From: an uncultured Tropicimonas sp. | GTDB taxonomy: Bacteria; Pseudomonadota; Alphaproteobacteria; Rhodobacterales; Rhodobacteraceae | DNA length: 64,000 nt | Direction: 5' to 3' | Assembly (NCBI GenBank): GCA_947495685.1 | Contig: CANLZY010000018.1 | Location: 3,244 to 67,243, forward strand | Part shown: piece by piece, positions 1-10,314 of the stretch | Numbering within the stretch: position 1 is the stretch's first letter | How the letters are laid out: every line of letters begins with the position of its first letter | Position numbers and translations under genes: made by a program | The notes under the pieces: generated by a model | The model's database searches: none | What the model was told of the DNA's origin: nothing | What the model saw: the letters and a program-made list of their open reading frames with translations, nothing else

Positions 1-1170
1 CCAGAAGATCTGGGAAGACTGTTTCTGGTGCAGGCTACATGCGAACTAACCTCTAAGGTAATCGCCTTCCAGAACTGGCAAACCTTCATAAAAATGGGCG
101 CCGAAGAGCAGGGCAAGCAACAAGATACCACACCATTGTGGGTGTTCGGCGTCACCTTGGACTTCATCGCAGCTGCATTGGCCGCAGTCGTGGCGGCACT
201 AATACTGGGTTTTGCTCCGCATTGGGTGGGATTGGATCCCCAGTCTGCACAGTGGGGCTTGCTTTACGCCGCCAGTCTATTGGTCTCGGGCACCGGCACC
301 TGTGTTGGCACTTTGAGGCTGTATGATGCGTTCGGCAAGGTGGTGATCATCAACACCGCCCAAGCCGTTATGCTTTTGGTAAGTGCCGCCATTCTTTTCC
401 ATCTACAAGCGCCATTGACCACCTACCTCATCTCTATCCCGCTGATCGCCGCACTTGCTTCGCTGACCATGATCTACATGGGGTGGAGACAATTGCGCAT
501 TCACACCAACGATCCGCGCCGCTACTGGCCCGACCGCGATACCCGACGCCGCTTCTTTGGTTTCGCCATCGGCGTGAGCGCAGCGAGCACGCTGACGGCC
601 TTTCGTCAACGCGGAGAGGTGCTAATCGTGGGCGCGATCCTTGGGCCAAGCGCCGCTGCTTTGTTCGGTGTGGCCTACCGCATTGCTGCGCTTTTTGCGC
701 GCTTCGCCCAATCGGCACGGGTCTCGGTCTACCCCGAATTCAGCCGAATGGTTGCCGGTGGGGCCTTCCCGGAGGCCGCGCGACTGGCCTTTAGATTGAC
801 CGGATGGACAAGCATGGTCGCAATGGCGTCCATGGTTGCGATCTTGTTCTTTGGGGGCGACATTCTGGAGCTTTTGTTCGGCGCCGAATTTCGCAGCGCG
901 GCACCGAATCTCGCACTGCTTGGTTTGGGAACTTCCATTTTTGCCTGCACATTTGCATTCGGTCCGCTGGTGCAGATCGCTTTTGGGGCTGGGCGTTTCT
1001 TGATTCTCAACCTCATAGCCTTTGCCGGATTCGTTTTATTCGCTGCTCTTGGACCGTTTTTGTTTGGACTGAGCGGTGCCGGTGCGGGCGCTGTGGCCTA
1101 TTCCACAGTTCTTGCAGTGCTACTAATCTTGCAAATTGTCCTTCACCAAAAAAGGAACATCGGAGCCTGA
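1..1170 (+). CDS. Polysaccharide flippase (Wzx/MOP-family-like); N-terminus probably outside the window
   Basis: ORF 28..1170 stays open to base 1 (codons 1-27 have no stop). About 10 hydrophobic helices. LTAFRQRGEVLIVGAILGPSAAALFGVAYRIAALF...VYPEFSRM resembles the conserved C-terminal half of MOP/Wzx flippases. It heads a glycosyltransferase operon. Confidence 0.6.
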   Translation, partial: PEDLGRLFLVQATCELTSKVIAFQNWQTFIKMGAEEQGKQQDTTPLWVFGVTLDFIAAALAAVVAALILGFAPHWVGLDPQSAQWGLLYAASLLVSGTGTCVGTLRLYDAFGKVVIINTAQAVMLLVSAAILFHLQAPLTTYLISIPLIAALASLTMIYMGWRQLRIHTNDPRRYWPDRDTRRRFFGFAIGVSAASTLTAFRQRGEVLIVGAILGPSAAALFGVAYRIAALFARFAQSARVSVYPEFSRMVAGGAFPEAARLAFRLTGWTSMVAMASMVAILFFGGDILELLFGAEFRSAAPNLALLGLGTSIFACTFAFGPLVQIAFGAGRFLILNLIAFAGFVLFAALGPFLFGLSGAGAGAVAYSTVLAVLLILQIVLHQKRNIGA

Positions 1171-1171
1171 C

Positions 1172-2128
1172 ATGAGCAAACTCTTTATTCACCTTGGCTA
1201 CCCCAAGACCGGAACCACAACCTTGCAGCACTGCGTCTTCGATGTCTTGCATCAGGCGTCGATAATACACTATCTGGGTATGGGGGGCTGGCGGCGCGAC
1301 AAAACACCAGATAGAAAAGCGTTCTTTGTGAACCTGACTGATGCGCTCTATCTGGAAAACGACGAAGACTTTTCAACACAGCTTCCCTCGCTCCGCGCGG
1401 CATATGATGAACTGGTCTCAAACGTACCCGATTCCATACCGATTGTACTCTCGAATGAGCATTTCCTTTTGGCCACTTGGTCTGGAAAAATTCGGGGTGC
1501 GCGCATTTTTCCATCCCGCAGTGCGCACCGATTGGGACAACTCTTCGAAACAGACACGTCCGGCTTGATGATCGGAACCCGAGACATCGACGCGCTCGTA
1601 AGGTCTATTTACATTCAGGAACGAGCCAGCAAGTCTCGCGTAAATCACGATCTCGTTCCTAAGTCGCTTGACGAGTTCGTTGAGTTAACTTGCACTGGAC
1701 AGGACTTCACTTCTGAGATGTTCCGCTTTAAGAAAAATCTTGCACATTATCGGGCTGCGTTTCCAAACGCTGAAATCTTGGAAATACCATTCATGGAATT
1801 GACCGGAACAAGCCAATTTGACACAGTCGTTGACATCCTTCGTTTCATCGGGCTTGCGGAAGACGCGGTGGAGTTTTTGAGCCTGCCTTTGGAAAATCGA
1901 AATGAAAAGAAGCGCAGAGGCAAGGTTACATTGGTGGAGACCGTTCCGGCGGTCTTTCGTCCAATTCTACGACACAAGGTTTCAGGTCCGATGGTGCACA
2001 GTCTTGCGAACTCTTGGCCACTAAAGCACGTCCGGAGCAGGGTTGCGAAGCAAGAAGAAATCCCTGGCCTGACGCCAGCGCAGAGCTTGGCTATCAGAAA
2101 TGCGTTCACAGCATTGGACGGAGAATGA
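1172..2128 (+). CDS. Sulfotransferase-fold protein (putative)
   Basis: ATG 1172 lies 1 nt after the upstream stop. The N-terminal loop HLGYPKTGTTTLQ resembles the PAPS 5'-phosphosulfate-binding loop. Same family as the partial ORF 63261..64000. The track start at 1136 overlaps the flippase and is less likely. Confidence 0.55.
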   Translation: MSKLFIHLGYPKTGTTTLQHCVFDVLHQASIIHYLGMGGWRRDKTPDRKAFFVNLTDALYLENDEDFSTQLPSLRAAYDELVSNVPDSIPIVLSNEHFLLATWSGKIRGARIFPSRSAHRLGQLFETDTSGLMIGTRDIDALVRSIYIQERASKSRVNHDLVPKSLDEFVELTCTGQDFTSEMFRFKKNLAHYRAAFPNAEILEIPFMELTGTSQFDTVVDILRFIGLAEDAVEFLSLPLENRNEKKRRGKVTLVETVPAVFRPILRHKVSGPMVHSLANSWPLKHVRSRVAKQEEIPGLTPAQSLAIRNAFTALDGE

Positions 2129-2402
2129 CCTGCCCTAGAAAGGAAACTGATCGATGGGATTGACAACAGAATGCCTCAGTCCACTCAAAAAGTTGTGGTG
2201 TTAGACGAATCCAAATATTTCGGAGCCCTACGGTCGACATACAACTTTGGCGGATCCAATCTATTTGAACTGGTACTGCAAGCCGAGTTTGAATAGCCTA
2301 GCTGACACAGTTCACCTATTCCGGTTCGGGAATTCCGGCAAGACAATGCCTAGCCTCTGACTGTGGGTGAAAAAAACGACCGACATCTCAAGGAGAGATT
2401 CC

Positions 2403-3377
2403 ATGAGTATCCATTTCGTCATCCCATCGGTTTACGCAGACGAGGTTGCAGCGCTGCCGGATCGTACGCTTGGCAAGGACTATCCCTATTGGCTGGCTGG
2501 GCGCTTCATCTGGGTGGCGCATTCCTGGCTTGTATTGCGCGAGTACCGAGAGGGAATGACCCTCGGCACTGCCCCCATCCCGGGGAGAGTCAACTTCAGT
2601 CACGTGATGGGCTGGCGCGATATAGGCGCGCGAAGTGGAGAGTATCGGGTTTCTGCGCGGGCTGATTATCCTCGCATGTTCGACGTGGATTTCGAGATTT
2701 TGCAGAACCCTGCGGTAAAAATGGGTACCAGACAGGCCTACTTGCCACATTGGCCTGTTCCCGGAATCATCCCTCGAGATAGGAGTCGTATGGGGGTGCA
2801 CACGTTTGCCTATGCCGGCCGGATCGGTCCGCTGAACTTGGCTGAAGAACTAAAGAACCGCACCGATTGTATCCTGCCCGATCTGGAATTCCGCATTATC
2901 CCGCCAGAGCGATGGCACGATCTATCCCAGGTCGACGCATTGGTCGCCATTCGCAGTCTCGACACCGCCCGGCACGAGTCGAAGCCCCCCAGTAAGCTGT
3001 TCCTGGCTTGGTTGGCAGATATTCCATTGATTGCCGGTTATGATAGCGCATTCTCGACGGTAGGCGCCCCCGGAGTAGAATACATACGGGTTTCCTCTGC
3101 AGACGAACTCCGCAGCGCCCTGAAACGCCTGCGCGACGATCCTGAATTCTATCAATCCTTTGTAGAAAAAGGTCGGGTCAGGGCAAAGGAAATCAGTCAA
3201 GATGCCCTGGCCCGGATCTGGCTGGAGCTTTTCGACACCCGAATCGCAGCAGACTTCGAGGCGTGGAAGGACCTACGCATGAAGGGTCTGCATTTCCTTG
3301 CCGCACGTGGCGCGGACCGCAGTCGGAACGTCGCTTCGCATATCCGGCGCCAGTTACGTAACCTGGGCGGAAGTTGA
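2403..3377 (+). CDS. Hypothetical protein, possibly a divergent GT-B-like glycosyltransferase
   Basis: AAGGAG at 2391-2396 is followed by ATG 2403 (track start 2367 is GTG). No family recognised. The C-terminal third (KPPSKLFLAWLADIPLIAGYDSAF) resembles the sugar-nucleotide-binding half of GT-B enzymes. Function is inference. Confidence 0.45.
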   Translation: MSIHFVIPSVYADEVAALPDRTLGKDYPYWLAGRFIWVAHSWLVLREYREGMTLGTAPIPGRVNFSHVMGWRDIGARSGEYRVSARADYPRMFDVDFEILQNPAVKMGTRQAYLPHWPVPGIIPRDRSRMGVHTFAYAGRIGPLNLAEELKNRTDCILPDLEFRIIPPERWHDLSQVDALVAIRSLDTARHESKPPSKLFLAWLADIPLIAGYDSAFSTVGAPGVEYIRVSSADELRSALKRLRDDPEFYQSFVEKGRVRAKEISQDALARIWLELFDTRIAADFEAWKDLRMKGLHFLAARGADRSRNVASHIRRQLRNLGGS

Positions 3378-3384
3378 GACGTTG

Positions 3385-4629
3385 GTGGCGCAGAAGGCAA
3401 TCTCGGTTCAACTGGGCGCACGGCGCCAATATGCTATTCCGGCAGCTCTTGCAGGAGCGGGGCGCCTTGAGGCGCTATACACCGACCTATGCGCAGGCCG
3501 CGGGCCGGGGCGCTTTGCGCCGCTGATTGAACGGGTCCCTCCCCTTGCAAAGCGAATGAATCTTCGACGCCGCACGCCACCACCAGAGGTTCTGGAACGT
3601 ACCAGGGTCTTCCCAAGCTGGTTTTGGGATATTCAGAGCGCACTTCGCCGGTCTTCGACCCCCATTGAACGTCTAATCCGGTTGCGTGCCGCACATGACA
3701 AGGCCTCTCGCCGAATGATCAGAAATGGATTTGGCGACGCCACACACGTGTTGACGATGTTCACCGAAGCCACCGGTTATGCCGCTGAAGCGAAGGTTAG
3801 AGGCCTTGTGACTGTAACGGATACGGTTGTTGCCCCCAGTACCGAAGCGCTTATCCGAGAGGAACAGTCACTGCACCCAGATTGGGAAGACCCAAAGATC
3901 TTCTACGGACAGTCTGCGGCGGCGGAAGCCGGGGTTGCTCCAGTAATGGACGCAGAGCTAGCGGCGACCGATATTTTCATCTGCCCGTCCGAATTCGTGC
4001 GCCGAGACTTAATCGAAAACTTCAATGTCCCAGAGGAACAGGCCCGACTCGTCCAGTATGCGGTCAATCCAAAATGGTTCGGAATAGAGGCTCGACCGGT
4101 ACCCGGGCGCGTACTGTTCGCAGGTGGAGCCGAGCTTCGAAAGGGCATACATGTATTGGCCGAAGCCGCGCGTTTGCTGGATGAGGCCGGCGATCCTTGC
4201 GAGATTCAGGTTGCGGGCCATGTCTCGGATCATATTCGGACTCGGCCCGAAACCCGACATCTGACCTTTCTTGGGCTCCTCGACGCAAGACAGATGGAAC
4301 AGACACTCGCCTCAGCGGACTGTCTTGTTTTACCTTCCCTAGCGGAAGGCTCGGCCGGTGTGACTTACGAGGCACTCGGCTGCGGTGTTCCGGTGATCAC
4401 CACATTTGAGGCCGGCTCTGTGGTGCGGGATGGGATTGACGGGAGCATCGTGCCGTCTCGTGACCCCGATGCCCTGGCCAATGCTATCGCCCAATTGGTG
4501 CGAAACCGGGATATGCGGGATTCAATGGCCCGCTCCGCCCGAAATCATGCCCGCGGCTTTGCATGGGACAGTTTCGGATATCGGCTCAACGACGCCATTT
4601 TTGGAACCGCTGAGGAGGATGTGGATTGA
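3385..4629 (+). CDS. Glycosyltransferase, GT4 / group 1
   Basis: C-terminal signature LPSLAEGSAGVTYEALGCGVPVITT (E-x7-E). Start set at GTG 3385 (TTG 3382 is the alternative), just after the upstream stop at 3375-3377. The track start at 3298 would overlap the previous gene by 80 nt. Confidence 0.8.
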   Translation: MAQKAISVQLGARRQYAIPAALAGAGRLEALYTDLCAGRGPGRFAPLIERVPPLAKRMNLRRRTPPPEVLERTRVFPSWFWDIQSALRRSSTPIERLIRLRAAHDKASRRMIRNGFGDATHVLTMFTEATGYAAEAKVRGLVTVTDTVVAPSTEALIREEQSLHPDWEDPKIFYGQSAAAEAGVAPVMDAELAATDIFICPSEFVRRDLIENFNVPEEQARLVQYAVNPKWFGIEARPVPGRVLFAGGAELRKGIHVLAEAARLLDEAGDPCEIQVAGHVSDHIRTRPETRHLTFLGLLDARQMEQTLASADCLVLPSLAEGSAGVTYEALGCGVPVITTFEAGSVVRDGIDGSIVPSRDPDALANAIAQLVRNRDMRDSMARSARNHARGFAWDSFGYRLNDAIFGTAEEDVD

Positions 4630-5924
4630 TCATCCTCCAGATACTCAGTCTTTTGATCATCGCCTATGGTTTGCGGCGAAAGGCCGGATATCTTCTCCTG
4701 CCCACATTGATCGGCGTGCTATGGCTACTTTGGTTTCTACCTCAACTGAGCGAATTGATACAGGATTCCAGTGTCCCAGCCTCCGGTCTGAATCGGCTGA
4801 TCGTCATGATGGCGCTAAGCCTTATGGCCTTCTGGATCGGCTGGTATACGACCTCAAGACGCGTCGCTCCGCGGCCTCCGGCTGACCTGTCCCGCCTACT
4901 GCCTGGCGCAGTGCTGCTAACCATCCTGAGCGTGGCGATCAACGTGCTGCTCAACAGATACCGGGCCGAGATGGCTGGCGTACAGCAATGGAGCGGCCCG
5001 ATTACAATAATTTCTTTCTTCGCTCAGATTCGAGACATCGCGCTACCTCTGACCCTTCTGTTGTTTCTCGGGCAACGTTCCCGCCTTGCGGCGCTGCTTC
5101 TTCTCGCCAACCTGATGATTACCCTTCCGATCGCCTTCACCTTGTTGCGGCGTTCTGAAATTCTGGGACTGGGCGCGGGAGTATTGGCCGCGTTCTGGTT
5201 TGCTCGGCGGTGGCAGGTCAGCTTGCTGATTTTGGCACCCACAACGGCTGCTTTCACCGTAGTGGCATATGTCATTGGCCCGTTGAGGGGCGCCTCACGG
5301 GCAATGGAGGAGTTGTACGGCGAGCGACCCTTTATACTCGACCCAAAGTTGTGGCAATCTATTGATTTTAGAGCCGCTGGGGAACACAGCCTCTCGAAGG
5401 CGCACGATCTCCGCAACGCCGTGTATCTTATTGACTACTGCGCCGACGAAGTAGCATATAAATTTGGAGCGACAATCTGGAACGGGTTGGTTAAATTGTA
5501 CATTCCAGGGCAAATTTTTGGTTATGATTTCAAGAGATCACTTTATTTCGATCGCAATACGGCATATGAATCGATCTTCGATATCTACGGCTACAAGAAT
5601 CCAATCGGGACCACCTCGACCGGCTTTGGATCCGCATTTTCAGATTTCGGCTATCTAGGTGCTTTGTATTTTGTATTCATGGCGGTCGCCTTGAAACGAA
5701 TGTTCGCCCATGCTGTAGCCGGAGACATATGGGCGCAAGTCAGCTACATTTGCTTTCTACCGCTGGTATTGATTTCCATGACTCACGGGCACATCAGGTT
5801 CTTCATCTCAGCGCCGTACCTTTTGGTGGTGATATGGATGCTCCGAAAGTTTGCGAACTACCGGTTTCATACACACAATCGCTCTGTATCTCCTCCCGTT
5901 TTGAAAGGCCAAGGTCAGCCATGA
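4626..5924 (+). CDS. Polytopic membrane protein, candidate Wzy-type polymerase / O-antigen-ligase-like
   Basis: 432 aa with at least 10 hydrophobic helices. The TTG start overlaps the upstream stop (TTGA). Position between glycosyltransferases in a Wzx-containing cluster suggests a polymerase. Family assignment is inference. Confidence 0.55.
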   Translation: MIILQILSLLIIAYGLRRKAGYLLLPTLIGVLWLLWFLPQLSELIQDSSVPASGLNRLIVMMALSLMAFWIGWYTTSRRVAPRPPADLSRLLPGAVLLTILSVAINVLLNRYRAEMAGVQQWSGPITIISFFAQIRDIALPLTLLLFLGQRSRLAALLLLANLMITLPIAFTLLRRSEILGLGAGVLAAFWFARRWQVSLLILAPTTAAFTVVAYVIGPLRGASRAMEELYGERPFILDPKLWQSIDFRAAGEHSLSKAHDLRNAVYLIDYCADEVAYKFGATIWNGLVKLYIPGQIFGYDFKRSLYFDRNTAYESIFDIYGYKNPIGTTSTGFGSAFSDFGYLGALYFVFMAVALKRMFAHAVAGDIWAQVSYICFLPLVLISMTHGHIRFFISAPYLLVVIWMLRKFANYRFHTHNRSVSPPVLKGQGQP

Positions 5925-6496
5925 TTCTGAGAGGCGTGCACAGCATCTTCCGCCGCATAGGCATGGCATTGCGGCTTGTTTTCTACCAGACAGTTGTGTT
6001 TGTCTGGCACGTTCCCGCGCCGGCCAGCACCAAGATATATGGCCGACTGCGTTTTCCACATGTCCCATGTAACTTGTTCATGGGTCCGGAATGTGCATTC
6101 GGTCATGACGTGGTACTCAGCACTGGACACAGTGCACAAATTACTTTGGGGCGGCAGGTCACAATAAATGACGGTTGCCTGTTAGTGGCAAGCGAACGGA
6201 TCGAGATTGGCGACCGGGTGGCAATCGGTGAGTACGTTTCGATCCGGGATCAGCAACATCGGCACAGCCCCGATCACGGAGTGCGCGATTTGGGCTTCGA
6301 CGTAGAAGCCGTGCAGATAGGTGAAAATACCTGGATTGGACGCGGGGCTTTTTTAGGACCCGGGACCCATATTGGCAGGGGGTGCATCGTCGCAGCCAAC
6401 AGTGTCGTCCACGGAGTGTTTCCAGACGGGGTGCTCATCGCAGGTGCGCCTGCTACGGTCAAAAAATCGCTTCGTCCGGAATGGCGGGCACCATGA
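5921..6496 (+). CDS. Hexapeptide-repeat (LbH) acetyltransferase
   Basis: ATG 5921 overlaps the upstream stop (ATGA). Hexapeptide repeats IGDRVAIGEYVSI and IGENTWIGRGAFLGPGTHIGRGCIVAANSVV. Confidence 0.8.
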   Translation: MILRGVHSIFRRIGMALRLVFYQTVVFVWHVPAPASTKIYGRLRFPHVPCNLFMGPECAFGHDVVLSTGHSAQITLGRQVTINDGCLLVASERIEIGDRVAIGEYVSIRDQQHRHSPDHGVRDLGFDVEAVQIGENTWIGRGAFLGPGTHIGRGCIVAANSVVHGVFPDGVLIAGAPATVKKSLRPEWRAP

Positions 6497-7713
6497 CGAA
6501 CATCACCATTCTCTCTCGCCAGGTCACGGCCTATCATCACGCCCGATTTCGGGCTGCAGGGCAGCTGTTCGACAGCGTCGATATTCTGTCGCTCGCCAAC
6601 CAGGGCAAGTTTGCCGAGATCCTGTCCCAGCGATCCGAGGAAGGTTACCGCTTGCATAGGGTGTTTCCGGATCTGGATGCTTATCGGCGCGCTGCGCTGG
6701 ACGGATCCGCTGCAGCGGCAATCCAAACGCTTCTGGACAAGCTTGATCCGGAAGTGGTCGCGATCGCCGGCTGGGCATCTGCGGAAAGCTACGCAGCGCT
6801 GACATGGGCAAAGAGCAAGCGGCGCAGCGTGGTGCTGATGTCGGACAGTCAGGCACATGATGTTTCCCGAAATGCCCTGCGGGACTGGATCAAGGGGCGC
6901 GTTGTGCGGTGCTGCGACGCCGGACTGGCCGCAGGCAGGAGCCATCGCGACTATCTCGTGCAACTGGGCCTCCCCCGCAACCAGGTGCGGCTGGGTTATG
7001 ACGCTGTTGACAATGCACATTTCAGCAGCGGCGCGGAAGCTGCCCGTGCGGATGCGAAGGCCACGAGGGGCCGACTCGGCTTGCCCGAATCCTACATTCT
7101 TGCATCTGCGCGCTTCATCGAGAAAAAGAACCTGCTTTGCCTGGTTGAGGCTTATTGCCGGGCAAGGGAGGGTCTTCTGGAACCTCCCGACCTCCTGATT
7201 GCGGGGGATGGGGACGGGCGCGCCATGCTTGAACACAGCGTGGAAAGACTGGGCCTTACAGACTTTGTCCATTTGCCGGGCTTTTATGGCTATGACGACA
7301 TGCCTGCGCTTTATGCTTTGTCGAGTGGCTTTGTCCATGTGCCTCAGAGCGAACAATGGGGCCTGGTCGTGAACGAGGCGGCATCCTCTGGCCTTCCGAT
7401 GGTGCTGTCCGCCGAATGCGGCGCAGCGACCGAGCTTTTGCAAGAGGGACAAAATGGCTGGCTATGCCCCGCCACCGATTGCGACGCCATCGCAATGGCT
7501 GTCAGAGAAATGCTCTGCCTCTCTCCAGACCGATCTGCCGAGATGGGGCAGGCCAGTCGCGAGATTGTGGCTGACTGGGGACCCGAGCGTTTTGCCAACG
7601 AACTGGCTGAGGCCGCCCGGATCGCCATTTTGGCGCAGCGCAAGCCGCTGTCCCTCATCGACCGGAAAATCGTTCGCTACATGAGCCAAAAGGTGATCGA
7701 GGCCGTCGCATGA
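6493..7713 (+). CDS. Glycosyltransferase, GT4 / group 1
   Basis: ATG 6493 overlaps the upstream stop (ATGA). FIEKKNL...LLIAGDGDGR...SEQWGLVVNEAASSGLPMVLS is a typical Glycos_transf_1 C-domain. Confidence 0.85.
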   Translation: MTNITILSRQVTAYHHARFRAAGQLFDSVDILSLANQGKFAEILSQRSEEGYRLHRVFPDLDAYRRAALDGSAAAAIQTLLDKLDPEVVAIAGWASAESYAALTWAKSKRRSVVLMSDSQAHDVSRNALRDWIKGRVVRCCDAGLAAGRSHRDYLVQLGLPRNQVRLGYDAVDNAHFSSGAEAARADAKATRGRLGLPESYILASARFIEKKNLLCLVEAYCRAREGLLEPPDLLIAGDGDGRAMLEHSVERLGLTDFVHLPGFYGYDDMPALYALSSGFVHVPQSEQWGLVVNEAASSGLPMVLSAECGAATELLQEGQNGWLCPATDCDAIAMAVREMLCLSPDRSAEMGQASREIVADWGPERFANELAEAARIAILAQRKPLSLIDRKIVRYMSQKVIEAVA

Positions 7714-8573
7714 CACAGGCAATTCTCACACGGCCCGATGCCCGCCCCCCGGTTCTGATCGCCTCTCACCCGAGATCAGGCACCCATCTTGTTATAGATT
7801 TACTTCGCCGCCAGTTTTCATGCACGCGGAACTGGCGCTGGTGGGGATTGCCGCTCGATCATCTGTATCTGAATCTCGAAAGGCTGGGATCGAGCAATCG
7901 AAGCTTTTCGGACGCCCTTGCTCGGCAGATCGTGAACCGCCCCCAGAGGGCGCTCATGAAAACCCATTTCGAGGCTGACTTTTCCGGTAGCTGGGTGGCG
8001 GAAGAATCTCTCCCACTTGATCAAACCTGGCTCGATCTGGTGGCGCAGTCAAAAATAATCTACGTGGTTCGGCACCCGCTGGATGTGATGTGCTCATACC
8101 ACCAGTTCCTGTCCGCGATCGACCCTGACGTGGCCGGGATGCCGCTCATGACATTCATGGAAAGCACGCATTGGACCGGTGAGACCGACCGGCTGGGCTG
8201 GTGGGTGCAGCATGTAACCGGCTGGGAAGCGTTGTCAGGCGTAACCGTCCTACGGTACGAGGACATTGTGAAACGGACCGTCGACGCCTTGTCAGAGATA
8301 TCAGAGGACATTGGAGAGACCTCAATCGATCGCAAACCACGTCTTCCTCCCAAGATTACCTCGATCACCCGTACCCGAATGGACCGGCTGTTCAGTTTAT
8401 CGCCCAAGTCCACCGGCATTGTCGCAAATCGTGCGAGCTTTCCGGCGGTGAAATGGCAGGATGTGCTTGAGGATGCCCAGAAGGAGAAGATCGAAACTCG
8501 CTTGGCCCCGATGCTCGACCGGTTCGGGTATTCGTTGTCCAGGAACAAGCTTCGCGAGCGACCTTGGTCATGA
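7710..8573 (+). CDS. PAPS-dependent sulfotransferase family protein
   Basis: ATG 7710 overlaps the upstream stop. 5'-PSB-like loop SHPRSGTHLVIDLL and 3'-PB-like KIIYVVRHPLDVMCSYHQF. Confidence 0.75.
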   Translation: MTQAILTRPDARPPVLIASHPRSGTHLVIDLLRRQFSCTRNWRWWGLPLDHLYLNLERLGSSNRSFSDALARQIVNRPQRALMKTHFEADFSGSWVAEESLPLDQTWLDLVAQSKIIYVVRHPLDVMCSYHQFLSAIDPDVAGMPLMTFMESTHWTGETDRLGWWVQHVTGWEALSGVTVLRYEDIVKRTVDALSEISEDIGETSIDRKPRLPPKITSITRTRMDRLFSLSPKSTGIVANRASFPAVKWQDVLEDAQKEKIETRLAPMLDRFGYSLSRNKLRERPWS

Positions 8574-9748
8574 CGGATACGAACCAGGCAGTCTGCATGC
8601 TGGCTCCGAACCTGACAAAGAGTGCCGGGGGCGTTGTCGAAGCGATACTCGGACAATCGCAGGGCCTGGCCAATGCGGGACGGAATGTGAAGTTGATTGG
8701 CCTTGAGGCACCGCAAGACAGGCCGGATTTGCCATCAGATTTCCATAGCCGCACCGTCCCAATAGGACGAAACCGCGCCTTTGATCGCGCGTCGGGGCTG
8801 AGCGATGCGCTCGACGAAAGCCGAGCGGGGATTTTGCATCTGCACGGATTGTGGTTTCCGTCTGTCTCCATCAATGCCCGGCGCTGGAAGGCTCGGACGA
8901 CCGGACAGCTTGTGTTGTCGCCCCATGGAATGCTCGACCCGTGGGCCTTGGCCAACAGCAAGTGGAAAAAGCGCGTGGCCCTTTTGGCCTTTGAACGTCG
9001 GACATTGAACATGGTCGATTGTATACACGCCCTGAACGTCTCCGAACTGCGCTCGATCCGAGCCATGCGCCTGACTGCACCGGTCGCGGTAATTCCAAAC
9101 GGCGTGGATCTCCCCGATCTGTCGCATGGAACACCTCCTCCGCCAGTCGGACAAGACCTGCGAAAGGTCCTGCTCTTTTTGGGGCGGCTGCATCCGAAAA
9201 AGGGCATCAGCGAAACTCTCAACGCCTGGGCACGGGCCATTGCAGACGATCCAGCCCTGGGCGAGGCATGGCGTGTGGTGATCGCCGGCTGGGACGATGG
9301 CGGCTATCGCCAGGAGTTGGAACAGGTGTCGCGCGACTTGGGTTTGCAATCTCATGTGAGCTTTCCCGGCCCGGTCTTTGGCAAAGAAAAGGCCACCCTG
9401 CTTGCGTCCTGCAGCGCGTTCATTCTTGCGTCCCATTCCGAAGGTCTGCCGATGTCCGTTCTCGAGGCCTGGTCCTACGAGAAGCCAGTGTTCATGACGT
9501 CTGCCTGCAACTTGGCCGAAGGCTTCGCGGCTGATGCGGCGGTCGAGATCAGTACGGAGGCCGACCATATTTCCCGAGTGTTGCAGGCTTATCTTTCCGG
9601 TCCACACCTGCCTGAGGTCGGCCGGAATGGCCGCCGTTTGGTTGAGGCCGGGTTTTCATGGGGCAACGTCGGGCAACAGCTCGACCAGCTCTACAGCTGG
9701 CTCCTGGACAGACAGCGAGCCGCCCCCGAATGCTTGGTTTTCTCATGA
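8570..9748 (+). CDS. Glycosyltransferase, GT4 / group 1
   Basis: ATG 8570 overlaps the upstream stop (ATGA); the track start at 8564 is TTG. FLGRLHPKKG and SHSEGLPMSVLEAWSYEKPVFMT signatures. Confidence 0.85.
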   Translation: MTDTNQAVCMLAPNLTKSAGGVVEAILGQSQGLANAGRNVKLIGLEAPQDRPDLPSDFHSRTVPIGRNRAFDRASGLSDALDESRAGILHLHGLWFPSVSINARRWKARTTGQLVLSPHGMLDPWALANSKWKKRVALLAFERRTLNMVDCIHALNVSELRSIRAMRLTAPVAVIPNGVDLPDLSHGTPPPPVGQDLRKVLLFLGRLHPKKGISETLNAWARAIADDPALGEAWRVVIAGWDDGGYRQELEQVSRDLGLQSHVSFPGPVFGKEKATLLASCSAFILASHSEGLPMSVLEAWSYEKPVFMTSACNLAEGFAADAAVEISTEADHISRVLQAYLSGPHLPEVGRNGRRLVEAGFSWGNVGQQLDQLYSWLLDRQRAAPECLVFS

Positions 9749-10314
9749 CGAACACCGAAAAAGACGAAGTCCCACAGGATTGGGTGAAACAGAATCGCGC
9801 AGCACGAAAGTGGACTCGACGCGAAATGGCCGGCAGGATTCTATGGGCAATTGCCCAGCCCGCATTCCGGCTGAGCCCGCGACCTCTCTGGGGATGGCGG
9901 CGCTGGATTCTGAGATGCTACGGAGCCAAGGTTGGCGCAAATGCGCATGTGTTTCCAACGGTGCGGATCGCGGTCCCCTGGACGTTGGACTTGGGGGACT
10001 CCTCTGCAGTCGGAGACCGCGTTATCCTCTATTCCCTCGGACCCATCACGATCGGTCAGCGTGCAACCGTGTCGCAGAATGCTCACCTGTGCGCTGGATC
10101 TCATGACTGGCGTGACTCTGCCATGCCGCTGCTTAAACTTCCGATCACAATCGGAGAGGACGCCTGGATCTGTGCGGATGCATTCGTTGGACCCGGTGTC
10201 ACAATAGGAGACGGGTCCATCGTCGGGGCTCGGGCGGTAACCATGAGGAGCGTACCAGCAAAAACGATCGTCGCGGGGAACCCGGCGCAGCACATTGGGA
10301 CCACCGAGCAATGA
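9745..10314 (+). CDS. WcaF-like hexapeptide acetyltransferase
   Basis: ATG 9745 overlaps the upstream stop. WcaF-like N-terminal region (RILWAIAQPAFRLSPRPLWGWRRWILRCYGAKVG) followed by hexapeptide repeats (ITIGEDAWICADAFVGPGVTIGDGSIVGARAV). Confidence 0.8.
   Translation: MTNTEKDEVPQDWVKQNRAARKWTRREMAGRILWAIAQPAFRLSPRPLWGWRRWILRCYGAKVGANAHVFPTVRIAVPWTLDLGDSSAVGDRVILYSLGPITIGQRATVSQNAHLCAGSHDWRDSAMPLLKLPITIGEDAWICADAFVGPGVTIGDGSIVGARAVTMRSVPAKTIVAGNPAQHIGTTEQ

Noticed and set aside
6274-7452. 392-aa minus-strand ORF
   Set aside because: It lies antisense to the well-supported GT4 gene 6493..7713 and the acetyltransferase gene. Its composition is Arg/Ala/Pro/Gly-rich with no motifs. This is a typical shadow ORF in GC-rich DNA.
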